NCBI GenBank assembly: GCA_046290225.1
Contig: JBKAGE010000078.1
Span: forward strand, 384,001-448,000
Length of the DNA: 64,000 bases
DNA from: Bradymonadia bacterium
Lineage (GTDB): Bacteria; Myxococcota_A; Bradymonadia; UBA7976; UBA1532
Direction: 5' to 3'
The position numbers and the translations under genes were made by a program. The first letter of the stretch is position 1. The number at the start of each line of letters is the position of its first letter. Positions 48,995 to 60,500 of this stretch are shown here, piece by piece. The notes under the pieces are model-generated. The model worked only from the letters and a program-made list of their open reading frames with translations, was not told where the DNA came from and did not search any database.

Positions 48995-49120
48995 GGTTCC
49001 CCTCTTCGCTCTTCGCCACTTCACGGACAGTGTGGTTGCCACACCGTGCTGTATACAAAGCCCTTCGGCGGGAGTCCAACTCACCTTGCGAGGGTGGGTC
49101 CAGGCTCGTAACCTCCGCTC

Positions 49121-50023
49121 ATGCACACGCGACCTCTTTATCTGGCCCTTGCTCGTTTGCCCCTCGCAGTGGGTGCTCTGTCTCTGTTGACCCACTGCGG
49201 CAGCCCGCCAACACGGGTCGCCGAGGTGAAGGTGATTCGCCCTCAGGGGTGGCCTCAAGCGGCCCGGGCCTCAGTAGAAGAAGCCATAGAAGAGGCCAGA
49301 GAGGTCACCCAAAAACATGGAGGCATGGGCGACATTGTGAACGCCCGCACGCGCTTGCGTGGGGCGATGAAGACTCAGGTGAGGCGCTATGGCCAGGCCC
49401 CTGCAGAGCTCCTCACGGCCTCTGCAGAAGCGCTCTCGGGGCTTGAGGCCGCCGAGATCGCCATGATGCGGCAGTCGATACAGCTTCAGGATGAGCTGTC
49501 AGCAGCGGCCACTCAAAAGGCAGAGGCAGAAGAGGAAGCGGCTGCTCAAAATGAGACCGCGCCCCCCGCCCCTTCGGAGTCAGACCTGAAGACGGTGTTC
49601 CTCCGCTGGCCAGTCGAGAAGATGAAGATCACCAGCCTGTACGGCCCACGAAAGAGCCCTCATCTACTTGAGAACAAAAAGCGCGTGTTCCACGACGGCA
49701 CTGACTTCAGGGCGGCAGAGGGCACCCCCATCATGGCCTGCGCCGGAGGGGTGATCACCCACGCGAAGCGAAAAGGCGGCTACGGCCTGATGATCTCGGT
49801 GGACCACGGGCTCGAGGTCTCCACCCACTACGCCCACCTCTCGGAGATGAAGGTGGTGGTGGGGCAAAAGGTGCAGGCGGGTGAGGTGATCGGTCTCGCC
49901 GGCCAGACGGGAAAAACCACAGGCCCTCATCTTCATTTGATGGTCACGGTGAAGGGCCGAAAGCGGGATCCGATGTCTGCCCTGGGCCGAACCCTCGCAC
50001 AAATCACGGCCCCAAACCGCTGA
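49121..50023 (+). CDS. M23 family metallopeptidase, probable lipoprotein
   Basis: WPV...ITS.YG.R, HDGTD, GYG, T.YAHL, G.TG.TTGPHLH. Confidence 0.9.
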   Translation: MHTRPLYLALARLPLAVGALSLLTHCGSPPTRVAEVKVIRPQGWPQAARASVEEAIEEAREVTQKHGGMGDIVNARTRLRGAMKTQVRRYGQAPAELLTASAEALSGLEAAEIAMMRQSIQLQDELSAAATQKAEAEEEAAAQNETAPPAPSESDLKTVFLRWPVEKMKITSLYGPRKSPHLLENKKRVFHDGTDFRAAEGTPIMACAGGVITHAKRKGGYGLMISVDHGLEVSTHYAHLSEMKVVVGQKVQAGEVIGLAGQTGKTTGPHLHLMVTVKGRKRDPMSALGRTLAQITAPNR

Positions 50024-50080
50024 CTTCACTCAAAGAAATCAGGCCACTGCATTTTTTTTGAGGTTGATCGACATTTTTTC

Positions 50081-50109
50081 TTGCCCATCGGGGAAGCCGT
50101 CCGTATATT
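50081..50109 (+). promoter_or_regulatory. sigma70 promoter of tRNA-Gly
   Basis: TTGCCC-17nt-TATATT preceded by T-rich UP-like tracts. Confidence 0.65.
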
Positions 50110-50178
50110 CCCGCTCACCTTCGGCGCTGAGCCGGCCCCAAAACGGGCAGCCAAACAAGGTCAAAGGAAATCCACTGA

Positions 50179-50253
<75 letters not shown>

Positions 50254-50255
50254 AG

Positions 50256-50288
50256 AAAAGCCCCTGGTTTTCCAGGGGCTTTTTTTAT
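50256..50288 (+). terminator. Rho-independent terminator after the tRNA
   Basis: AAAAGCCCCTGG-TTTT-CCAGGGGCTTTTTTT. Confidence 0.9.
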
Positions 50289-50578
50289 TCCGTGCTCTGA
50301 ATTTCCATTCCTATCCAATCAGCCTCTCCCCTGCGTGCTCCATACCTCACGCTTTCAACCCTCCCGACTCAAATTGAGCCCGGCCCACAATGAGCCAGAT
50401 CTGGCAGATGATGATGTGCAGCTGCACAGACTTCAGAGTTGCCGACGTGTTTGGTGTGTATCCTGGCGAGACAGTGTCTCAGACATCTGTTAAAGACGTT
50501 CGATACACTGCATATTTCAGATGTGCCCCATATTGAGAGGGTACGTCGGCAAGAGGCCCTCAAGAGATGGCGGGCCTC

Positions 50579-51205
50579 TTACTGAGGCGACACCGGCACG
50601 ATCTCCACCACCTCACCTGTGCTCTTGTGCAGCCACAGCGCGACGTCCTTCAGATGCCGGGCGTGTGTTCTCGGTGTAACTGGCTTGGCCCCCTTTGGGG
50701 TCACTCCGTTGGACATCACGCTGCTGGCGTCAGCAACTGGCGATGTGGGGTGTTGAGCGCCAAAGGCGTACTCATCATAAGCCCCCAACATGTGTCCCAC
50801 CTCATGGGCGATGACCCACGCTGGATCCTCGATGTTCCAGTTGAGTTTGTCAGCGTGGCCTCGTCCCGGGCGAACCAGAACGATGTGTTGAGGATGTGTG
50901 GCGTGGAAATCCAGATCCACCTCGATGGGCACCCTTCTATCACCGAAGGCAGCCTCGAACTTGCCGGTCCACAGCGCCTCGACCTCCTTCTCCCATACAG
51001 CTCTGCGCGCCCTCAGCTCTTTGGCTGTGACCCCAGCAGAGACCAGCTTGATCCCGAGACGAATCGAGATCCGCTCGGGGTACACGCTGAGCGTATATTT
51101 CACCGTCCACCCGAAGCCCCCGGTCTTCACCCGGTGGCTGACATCTACCGTGTGTGTGGGGCCCAGCACAAAGAGGCCACATAATAAAAAATTAGAAAAT
51201 TTCAC
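50579..51205 (-). CDS. Secreted zinc metallopeptidase (HExxHxxGxxD, metzincin-like)
   Basis: IAHEVGHMLGAYDEY with SVMS Met-turn; N-terminal hydrophobic signal; lower GC than flanks. Confidence 0.75.
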   Translation of the reverse strand: MKFSNFLLCGLFVLGPTHTVDVSHRVKTGGFGWTVKYTLSVYPERISIRLGIKLVSAGVTAKELRARRAVWEKEVEALWTGKFEAAFGDRRVPIEVDLDFHATHPQHIVLVRPGRGHADKLNWNIEDPAWVIAHEVGHMLGAYDEYAFGAQHPTSPVADASSVMSNGVTPKGAKPVTPRTHARHLKDVALWLHKSTGEVVEIVPVSPQ

Positions 51206-51353
51206 GGCAACGAAGAGTCAGAAGGCAGATGTCCTGTGATGTACGGCGTGTGAATTCTATCAAAGGGGGTGTGTTTTTTAGGGGCTTCACAGATCCAGGG
51301 TTTCCTTTTCACTTGATGTGCCCCATGATGCCACGTGTAAGCACTTGAGGGGA

Positions 51354-51547
51354 GTGCGCCTGCTCAACACCACAGGGATTGTACCTGTGGAGCAGGTTGC
51401 TGGCGTGACTGGACGTGTCCAGACATGCTGAACATTCAAGGCCCGAGTAGGGCGCACGCCTTGGGCGGTTCGACTTCGATGAGGGATTGAAGTCGAACTG
51501 GCCGAGGGTCGATTTTTCGAGCAATTCCGTCGAGTTGCTCGAAGATC
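51354..51547 (+). other. Multi-hairpin 5' leader of the giant gene (candidate structured RNA)
   Basis: Four or more adjacent stem-loops with G-U pairs on the + strand. Confidence 0.5.
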
Positions 51548-51585
51548 TCCCCGCAGGAACAGATTATGTGGAGGTAACGGTCGTG

Positions 51586-54500
51586 ATGCGTATCCGTCAT
51601 GCGGTCGTAGTTTGTCTTCTCTGGACAGTCGGGCTCTTCGTGGCCCCCGCTGCGGCGCAGGTCGCCGAGCACTCAGGGACCATCACCGCGCAGACGACAT
51701 GGTCCGCTGAGGTGACCCACCTCATCACAGGTGATGTAACGGTCAACGCCGACGTCATCTTGAACATCGATCCAGGCACGGTGATCAAGTTCCGCAGCGG
51801 AACCCGACTCACCGTCAATGGGGCGATGATCGCGCGCGGTGTAGAAGGCGGTGAGATCTACTTCACCTCCTACCGCGACGATGAGATTGGCGGTGACACC
51901 AACGGTGACGGCCCCTCGTATGGCCGCCCGGGTGACTGGGAGTACATCCGCTTCTCCAGCACCGTCGCCGCTGACGTCACCAAGCTTGAGCACGTCCACG
52001 TGCGGTATGCGGGTCAGGGCAACTTCACCGGCATCTACCTGGAGTCGGCGCCCATCACCTTCCGCGACGGCTCGATCACCGACAGCAGCGCCCACGGTCT
52101 CTACCTGACCAGCGCCAATGCCCTCATCGAGCGCAACGTCTTCGCCCGGAACGGCTTGGACGGCATCTGGATGCAGCACAGCTACCCAACCATCCACGAC
52201 AACACGATCAGCGAGAACAACGACGGCGTGAGCGTCCAGTACTCAGCCCCCGACCTCGTGGGCAACACGATCGTGAACAACCGTGGCTGGGGCATCAACT
52301 ACCGCTCCAGCGCCACCTCCACGGTGCTCTCGGGCAACACCATCACTGGCAACCTCCGCCCCGCCCGTATCCCCGCGAGCGCCCTACCCAACCTGGAGGA
52401 CGGGAACACATTCGTGCCCAACCAGATCCCAGCGCTCTGGATCTACGCAGGTACACGGAACAGTGACATCCGACTGCCAGTGCTGCGGGATGGGGACTCC
52501 GTCCTGAGGACTTACTACGTCCACAATGGCCGGCTCCGCATCACCGACGGCCACACCTTCACCGTCGACCCTGGCGTGGTGATGAAGTTCGGCAACGACA
52601 GTGGTCTCCAAATCGAGGGGACCATGAACGCCATCGGCACCGCCGACGAGGAGATCGTCTTCACCTCGGTCTACGATGACAGCTACGGCGGCGACCTCGG
52701 TGCCAATGGGGGCCGCCATCCCGCCAGGCGCGACTGGTACGGGCTCCTGTTCTCGAGTGCTGAGGAAGTCAACCTCGAGCACACCCGGGTGCTCCACGCC
52801 GGTGACAACCAGGGTGCCATTCAGCTGAACAGCACCACGTTGAACATGACGCACTCGGAGATCGCCTTCTCCTACGCCCAGGGCCTCTACTTCTACGGCA
52901 ATGGCAACACGCTCACCTTCGACAACGTCGACATCTATGGTTGCCGTGGCGACGGCATGTACTTCCAGAGCAACGGCACGTTCAACGGCACCAACATGCG
53001 CGTCTTCGCCAACGGTGACGACGGCATTCACACGGATCACAGCGCCGCCATCACCATCACAGGCGCCATCTTCGGCAACCGTGGCCATGGGGTGAGGGGC
53101 AGTGGCAGCGCTGTTCTGACGGCTCAGGACGTGTGGTGGGGTGCCGCCGATGGGCCGAGCGGTGATGGTCCGGGCTCCGGTGACTCCATCGTCAACCAGG
53201 TGGATGCTTCCAACCCCCGTGGCGTGGGCGACCGCTACAGCTACCTCGACGCGGGCCCCAACAACACCACTGGTGGCGACCTGGCGACGCCCAACGTCGT
53301 GCAGGGTCTGCCCTCGGTAGAGTTCGGCACCTCCCGCGACTACGACCTTCTCTATGATCTCGATCAGGTGATCGTGGACTTCGGGGCGGTGAACACCGCC
53401 CGGGCCCTGGAGGCCATCCTCGTCTATCACAACAACGATTCGACGGCGAACGTCGGCGGCAATGTGCAGCAGCTCCTGGACGGCAACGGCGATCTGCTCC
53501 ATGGCCCCATCGAGCTGGGGAGCAGCCTCCCCCACGCCATCAAGGTGCCCATCCCGGCCACCGCCTACGACAACGAGCCGCTCCGCCTGCAGGTGGACAA
53601 GGTCTTCGGCCAGCGTGCTGTACTCGCAGAGGTCTACCTGCTCGAGCGCGATGGCGGAGCTGATGTGCCCACCTCCTCCATCACCTCTCCCGCCAACGGC
53701 GATCGCCTCGCTGGCTCCACCATCGAGGTGAAGGGCCAGTCCAACGCCGCCAGCGGCGTCACCCAGATCGAGGTGGGCGTGGACGGCGGCGATGGCTTCA
53801 CCTGGCACCCGGTGGCCTCGGTCGATGGCAACAACTGGATCTTCCGCTGGTCCACCCCCGTAGACGGCACCTACACCCTCACCGCCCGTGCCCTGAGCAG
53901 CAGCGGCAACTGGGAGGTGGCTGGGGCCGGCATTCAGGTCATCGTCGACAACACCGCCCCTGATGCCGCCACCGAGGTCTACGCCTACGACACGCCGGTG
54001 GACGCCGGTGGTCGCATCGAGGTGCGTTGGACCGACTCTGCCTCCAGCGACGTCGCGCTCTACCGCGTGGAGCGCAAGGCTGCGGATGAGATCTTCTACA
54101 CTGAGCTCGGCACCACCGTTCAGCCTCAGTGGAGCGACGCCACGGCGGTGAACAATGTGTTCTACACCTACCGGATCGTCACCGAGGATCTGACGGGCAA
54201 CCGCACCACCTCCGAGGAGAGCGCTCCTGCCCAGGCCATTCTCAACGGTGGCGCAGACGCCACTCCCCCAGAGAACGTCACCAACCTGAGCGCTTTCGCC
54301 GGCGACGGGTTCGTCCAGCTTAACTGGACCCGCAGTGTGGACTCTGCCAACGATCTGGCAGACCAGCTCATCCAGGCGTCTGTGGACGGCGGGGCCAGCT
54401 GGGGGGTCGTGGCGCCCAACTACAACGACGCTGGTGCAGTCACCGTCAACAAGCTGACCAAGGCCTATTTCTTCGATGGCCTGGCCAATGGGACCACCTA

Positions 54501-57500
54501 CCGCTTCCGCGTACTCACCCGAGACAGCTCCAACAACGTCTCCGCTGGTGTAGCGACGGATGATCTTACGCCCGATGCCAACCTGTTCAACCAGGTGAGC
54601 GGCACCATCTCCAGCGACACGGTGTGGAGCGCTGGTGTGTTCTATGTCTCCAGCGACCTCACCATCAACGACGGCGCCACCCTGTACATCGAGCCTGGCG
54701 TCGTGGTGAAGCTCAAGAGCAGTGTCCGGATTCTGGTGCGCGGTGGCTTCCAGGCCATCGGTACCGCCCAGGCTCCGATCACCATCACCGCCTACGCCGA
54801 CGACTCGGTGGGTGGCGACACCAACAAGGATGGCCCCTCTCAGGGCACGCCTGGCGCCTGGGAGCGCATCCAGTTCGACTACGCCGATGATTCGGTCCTC
54901 CGGCACGTGAACATCCGCTACGCCGGTCAGGGGAACATCAGCTCCATCTACGCCCACCGCTCCAACTACGAGCTCACTGACGTCACCATCACCGACAGCA
55001 GCTCCCACGGCATCTATAACGACTCGGCCTCCCCCACGATCCGCCGCACGGTCATCACCGACTGCAACAACGAGGGCATCTACCTCAACGGGACCAACGG
55101 CAGTGCCCCGGTGATCACCGATACCCGAGTGGAGCGCTGCAGCCACGGCTTGCGCTTCTCCAGCGCTGGCCCGGTCCTGGAGAACAACACCCTCCGCGAC
55201 AACGTGGGCTATGGCATCTACTTCAACAACACCACCAGTGGTCCGGTCATCCGTGGGAACACCATCGACGGCAACCGCACCGGCGTACGGCTCCCGTTCG
55301 CCATGGTGCCGAGCGTCGAAGACGGCAACGTCATCGGGCCCAACGATCGCGATGTGCTCGAGATCGTCGGCAACAGCCGCAGCACTTCCTTGGAGCTGGG
55401 CACCGACCACGTCTACTACGTCGTCTCCGGTGACGCATCGGTGGCCAGCGGCGCGGCCCTCACGCTGCAGCCCGGTGTGATCTGGAAGAGCCAGGGCAGG
55501 CTGCGGATCTACGGTGGCCTGTACGCCGTAGGCACCGCCGAGTCGCCCATCATCATGACTTCGTACCGCGACGACGAGTTCGGCGGCGACACCAACAATA
55601 ACGGGCTGTCTTCCGGCGCCCCCGCCGACTGGCGCGAGCTGCGCATCGAGTCCACCGCCCTGGTCTTCCTGACCCGGCTCGAGCACGTCCACACGCGCTA
55701 CGGTCGCGGCCTGGTCATCGACACCCAGCGCGACATCGTGGTTCGGAACAGCAAGTTCAACCATCACAGTGGCAATGGGTTGAACAGCAACAACGCCTCA
55801 CCGACCATCATCGACAGTGAGTTCAACCACAACACCAGCCTCGGCATGTACTTCGGGCATGGTGGCAGCCCCACCCTGATCGGCAACACCGTGTCGAACA
55901 ACGGCACCGACGGCATTCAGTCGTACGCGCCTTTCGCCGCCTTCGATGACAACACAGTCACCGACAACAGCACCTGGGGCGTGCGGTTCCTGCACAACGT
56001 GCATACGGCCAAGCCCACGGGCAACGTCATCACCGGCAACCGCCACTCGATGTACATCTCGGCCCGCTCGCTGCCCAACCCCGAGGACAACAACGTCTTC
56101 GCCCCGAACGAGGTCAACGGGTTGTGGATATACGGCGACGTGGTCAGCCGGGATCTGAACCTCTCGGTGCAGCAGGCGGAGGTCAATGGTCCGGCCCTGA
56201 CCACCTACGTGATCAATGGCAGCCTCAACATCAACAACGGGTACACCCTGGACATCGGCCCGGGCACCATCTTCAAGTTCAGCAGCACCAGCGGGCGCCT
56301 CTACATCTACAGCGATGCCACGCTCAATGTTGCTGGCACCGCCGAGCAGCCGGTGTACTTCACCTCCGACGAGGACGACATCGGCGGGGATATCAACCGC
56401 GACGGTGACAGCAATGTTGGCCAACCCGGCCAGTGGGATCACATCTACATTCAGGGCACGGCCAACATCGATCATGCCCACATCCGGTACACGAACGATG
56501 GCAGCAGCGCGCTGTACTTCAGCGGGGCCACCGCCCTCGTCCGCAACAGTATCATCAGCGACTCGCGGTACGACGGCATCCAGGCGCACAGCTCCAACCT
56601 GACCCTGGAGAACACCTCGGTCTACGGCAACCTGCGCCGCGGCATCTACCTGAGCAACTCCGAGACCACCATCACCGGTGGTGAGATCATCGCCAACACC
56701 TCCCACGGCATCGAGTCCGTGAACCACGTGTCCACCAACGTCAGCGGGACCTCCATCTTCGCCAACCAGGGCGTGGGCTTCACCAGCAACCGCGCCTCCA
56801 CCGCGCGTAACGTGTGGTGGGGCGCCGCCGACGGCCCTTCTGGTGAGGGCTCGGGCGCCGGCGACGACGTGAGCGCCAACGTAGACTTCGCCGACCATCT
56901 TCAAGATGGCCGACGCTTCCTCTACATCGACGCAGGGCCCACCGTCAGCACCGATGGTGATCTGGTGAACGCTCCGGTGGTGGCTCAGGGCACCCCGACG
57001 ACGGACTGGGGCAACTCCCCCTCTACGCGCTCGCTCTACGATGCTGATGAGGTCCGGTTGGAGTTCGACGAGATCGCCGGTGGGTCCTCCTTGGAGGTCA
57101 TCGCCCGGTACCTCAACGCCGACAGCGCCAGCGCCGTGGGCGGCAACCGCCAGACCATGCAGCTCGGCGACGGCACTCAGGTCCACGGGGCCACGGCCGT
57201 GGGCGCCAGCTACGCCCAGACGCGTCGGGCCTTCCTGCCCAGCGTCGCGGGCCCGCTGACCCTCAAGGTCGTCCGCGAGAGTGGCTACCGCACCGCCTTC
57301 TCCGAGATGTGGCTCATGGAGAGCGCCGGGAGCGCCGACAGCGATGCCCCCATCTCCCAGATCACCTCGCCGGCCCCTGGGCAGTCCCTCAGCGGCAGCG
57401 TGTTCATCATCACCGGTGTCGTCGCCGACACCAGCGCACTCCACGCCGTAGAGATCGGAGTGGACTCGGGTGGCGGCCCCAGCTGGCGTCCCGTGACCCA

Positions 57501-60500
57501 ATGGGCGCCTGACGGCAGCTTCAACTACCGCTGGTCCCTCCCTGAGGACGGCAACTACACCCTCTACGCCCGCGCCACGGACGCCGCTGGCAACGTCGAG
57601 GTGCCCGCGGCGGGCGTTCTGGTGACCATCGACCGTCATCCCCCGGAGCCGGTGGAGTCGGTGGGCGCCACCGTCACCGTGGATGGCCAGGACACCCACA
57701 TCACCGTGGGCTGGAGCCTGTCACCTGATGATGGTGCTGGCGACGACGACGTGGCCGAGTACATCATCGAGCGTCGCATCGAGGGCCTGGTCGACTTCGA
57801 CCCTGTAGGCACGACAGCGGGTGGCGCCGATCGCTTAGTGGACACCACCGTCGTGGCCGGAGTGCCCTACGAGTACCGCGTCATCACTGTGGACGATGCC
57901 GGCAACCAGACCCCTTCCAACGCAGTGAGCTCCGGGGTGGCCACCACCGACGGAGTGGATGCCACCATCCCCGCAGACGCCACCGATCTCGTGGCCACCG
58001 CCGGCAATGCGTCGGTGAGCCTGAGCTGGACCGCCAGCGTGGACGAGGATCTGGACATCTTCCTGCAGCAGGTCTCCGTCTCTGCCGACGGCGGCATCAC
58101 CTGGGGCGCCAACGCGCCGCTCTTCAATGACGGGCAGGCGTTCACCTTCAGCAACCGACTGACCAACTACCTCGTGGGCGGCCTCACCAACGGGAGCCCC
58201 TACCACTTCCGTCTGCAAATGGTGGATGCCGCGGGCAACACCTCTCCTGGCATTCAAGCGGGCCCGACCACGCCGACTGAGGACGCCTTCATTCGGATCT
58301 CGAGCCACATCTCCACTGACGCCCGCTGGGCCGCTGGCGTCTTCGTCGTCGCCGGTGACATCCAGGTGCGCTCCGGGGCCACCCTCACCATCGACCGTGG
58401 GGTCATCGTCAAGTTCGAGCCCGGCAGCAGCCTGCGTGTGCAGAGCGGCAGCCGTCTCATCGCCAACGGTGTTGCCGGTGACGAGATCGTCTTCACCTCG
58501 GTGCGAGACGACTCTGTGGGCGGCGACACCAATGGTGATGGTGACAGCAGCGCGCCGGCGGCCAACGACTGGGAGAACGTGATGTTCTCCGACGCCGCCG
58601 ACGGCAACCGCATGAGCCACTTCGTGCTGCGGTACGCCGGCAGTCGGGGCATTGGCGGCCTCTACTCTGAGCGCAGCAGCGTCGCGATCACCGACTGCTC
58701 CATCAGCAGCACCAGCTCCTACGGCATCTACTTCTACCAGGGCGGCGCCTCAGAGATCTCCCGCTGCGACATCTCCAACACCACGCATTCCGGGATCTAC
58801 GCCTTCCAGGCCACGATGGACATGGAAGACAACGAGATCTTCGAGACCAACCACGGCATCGAGGTCTACTCCGGCACCACCGAGATCATCGGTAACACCC
58901 TTCGGGACAACCGCGGCCACGGCGTCTTCTTCCACACCGTGGGGGCCACCTCCGTCCTGGAGGACAACGTCATCACCCGGAACGTCACCCCAGTCCGAGT
59001 GCCCTTCTCGGCGATGCCCGGTCTCGGTTCTGGCAACGTGATGACCGACAACAGCCGCGCGGTCATCGAGGTCTACGGCGCCACGCGCAACGACTCGCTG
59101 GAGGTCACGCCCTCCCACGTGATCCATCAGTACAGCGGCAACTCCACACTGAGCGCCGGCGTGGTGCTCCGCGTGCAGCCCGGTGTGGTGTGGAAGTTCA
59201 CGGGTGGCCGCCTCGACATTTATGGCGCCCTCTACGCGGTGGGCACCGCTGAGGAGCCGATCTACTTCACCTCATACCGCGATGACGCCGTGGGCGGTGA
59301 CACCAACAACAACGGCACCACCACCGGTGTGGCCGGCGACTGGGACCGACTGTACGTCCGCAGCCAGAGCTTGAGCTTCCTCACGCGGCTGGAGCACGTG
59401 CACGTCCGTTATGGCGATGGTCTCTTGATCGAGAACTCCCCCATCAACGTGGTGGACAGCCGCATCGACCACAGCGCCCAGCAGTGCGTTTACGTCGACC
59501 GGAACGCCCCGGTCATCACCAACACCTACATGGGCGACTGTCGCCACGACGTCATCTACGCCCAGAGCGCCAGCCCTGTCCTCATCGGCAACACCATGGA
59601 GCGGGGTACCAACGGCCTCAACGCCACGTGGTCGACGGCCACCCTCGAGAACAACATCTTCCGGGACAACCGGGACTGGGGTGTCTGGTTCAACCAGAAC
59701 ACCACGATGCCTGTCATGACGGGCAACACGGTCACCGGCAACCTGCGCAGCGTCCACATTCCGATCTCTGGTGTGCCCAACACCGAAGACGGCAACACCT
59801 TCGTGCCCAACGAGATTGACGGCCTCTTCATTCGCGGGGGTACCCGCAGCACGCCGCTGCGCCTCTCGGTGCAGACCGTCGGCGATCGCAGCATGAACAG
59901 CTACTACTTCGAGAACGTGACCATGAACGCCCCCATGGTCATTGATCCCGGGGTGGTGCTGAAGTTCCCCGACGGCCATCGGCTGACCATGCAGGACACG
60001 CTCACCGCAGTGGGTACCGCCGCTGAGCCGATCTACTTCACGTCCTACCGCGATGACGCCATCGGCGGCGACATGAACAACGATGGCACCTCCACCCCGT
60101 ACGCCGGCGCGTGGCGGAACGTCTGGCTCAACAACAGCGACGGCCACGTCATCGACCACGCCGAGTTCCGGTTCTGCGGTAGCAGCACTGCCTGCCTCGA
60201 TGTGGACAACGCCACGCTGACCCTGAGCAACTCCACCATCATGTCCTCCCGCTACCAGGGCATCGATGCCTGGCGCTCCAGCACGACGATGACCAACGTG
60301 GACGTCCTCGGGCACCGGGGTCACGGCATCTACCTGCACGACTCCGGCACCCACGACATCAGCAACAGCCGCATCTTCGGCAACATCGGCGATGGCATTC
60401 AGAGCCACAACACGGTGGTGGTCACCGCCCGGAACGTGGAGTTCTTCGCCAACGGCGGCAATCATATCCGGCACAACGGCAACCAGCCGATGGACGCCCA

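Noticed and set aside
50254..51585. Prophage, integrative element or retron at tRNA-Gly
   Set aside because: No integrase, phage gene, reverse transcriptase or att duplication visible in the window
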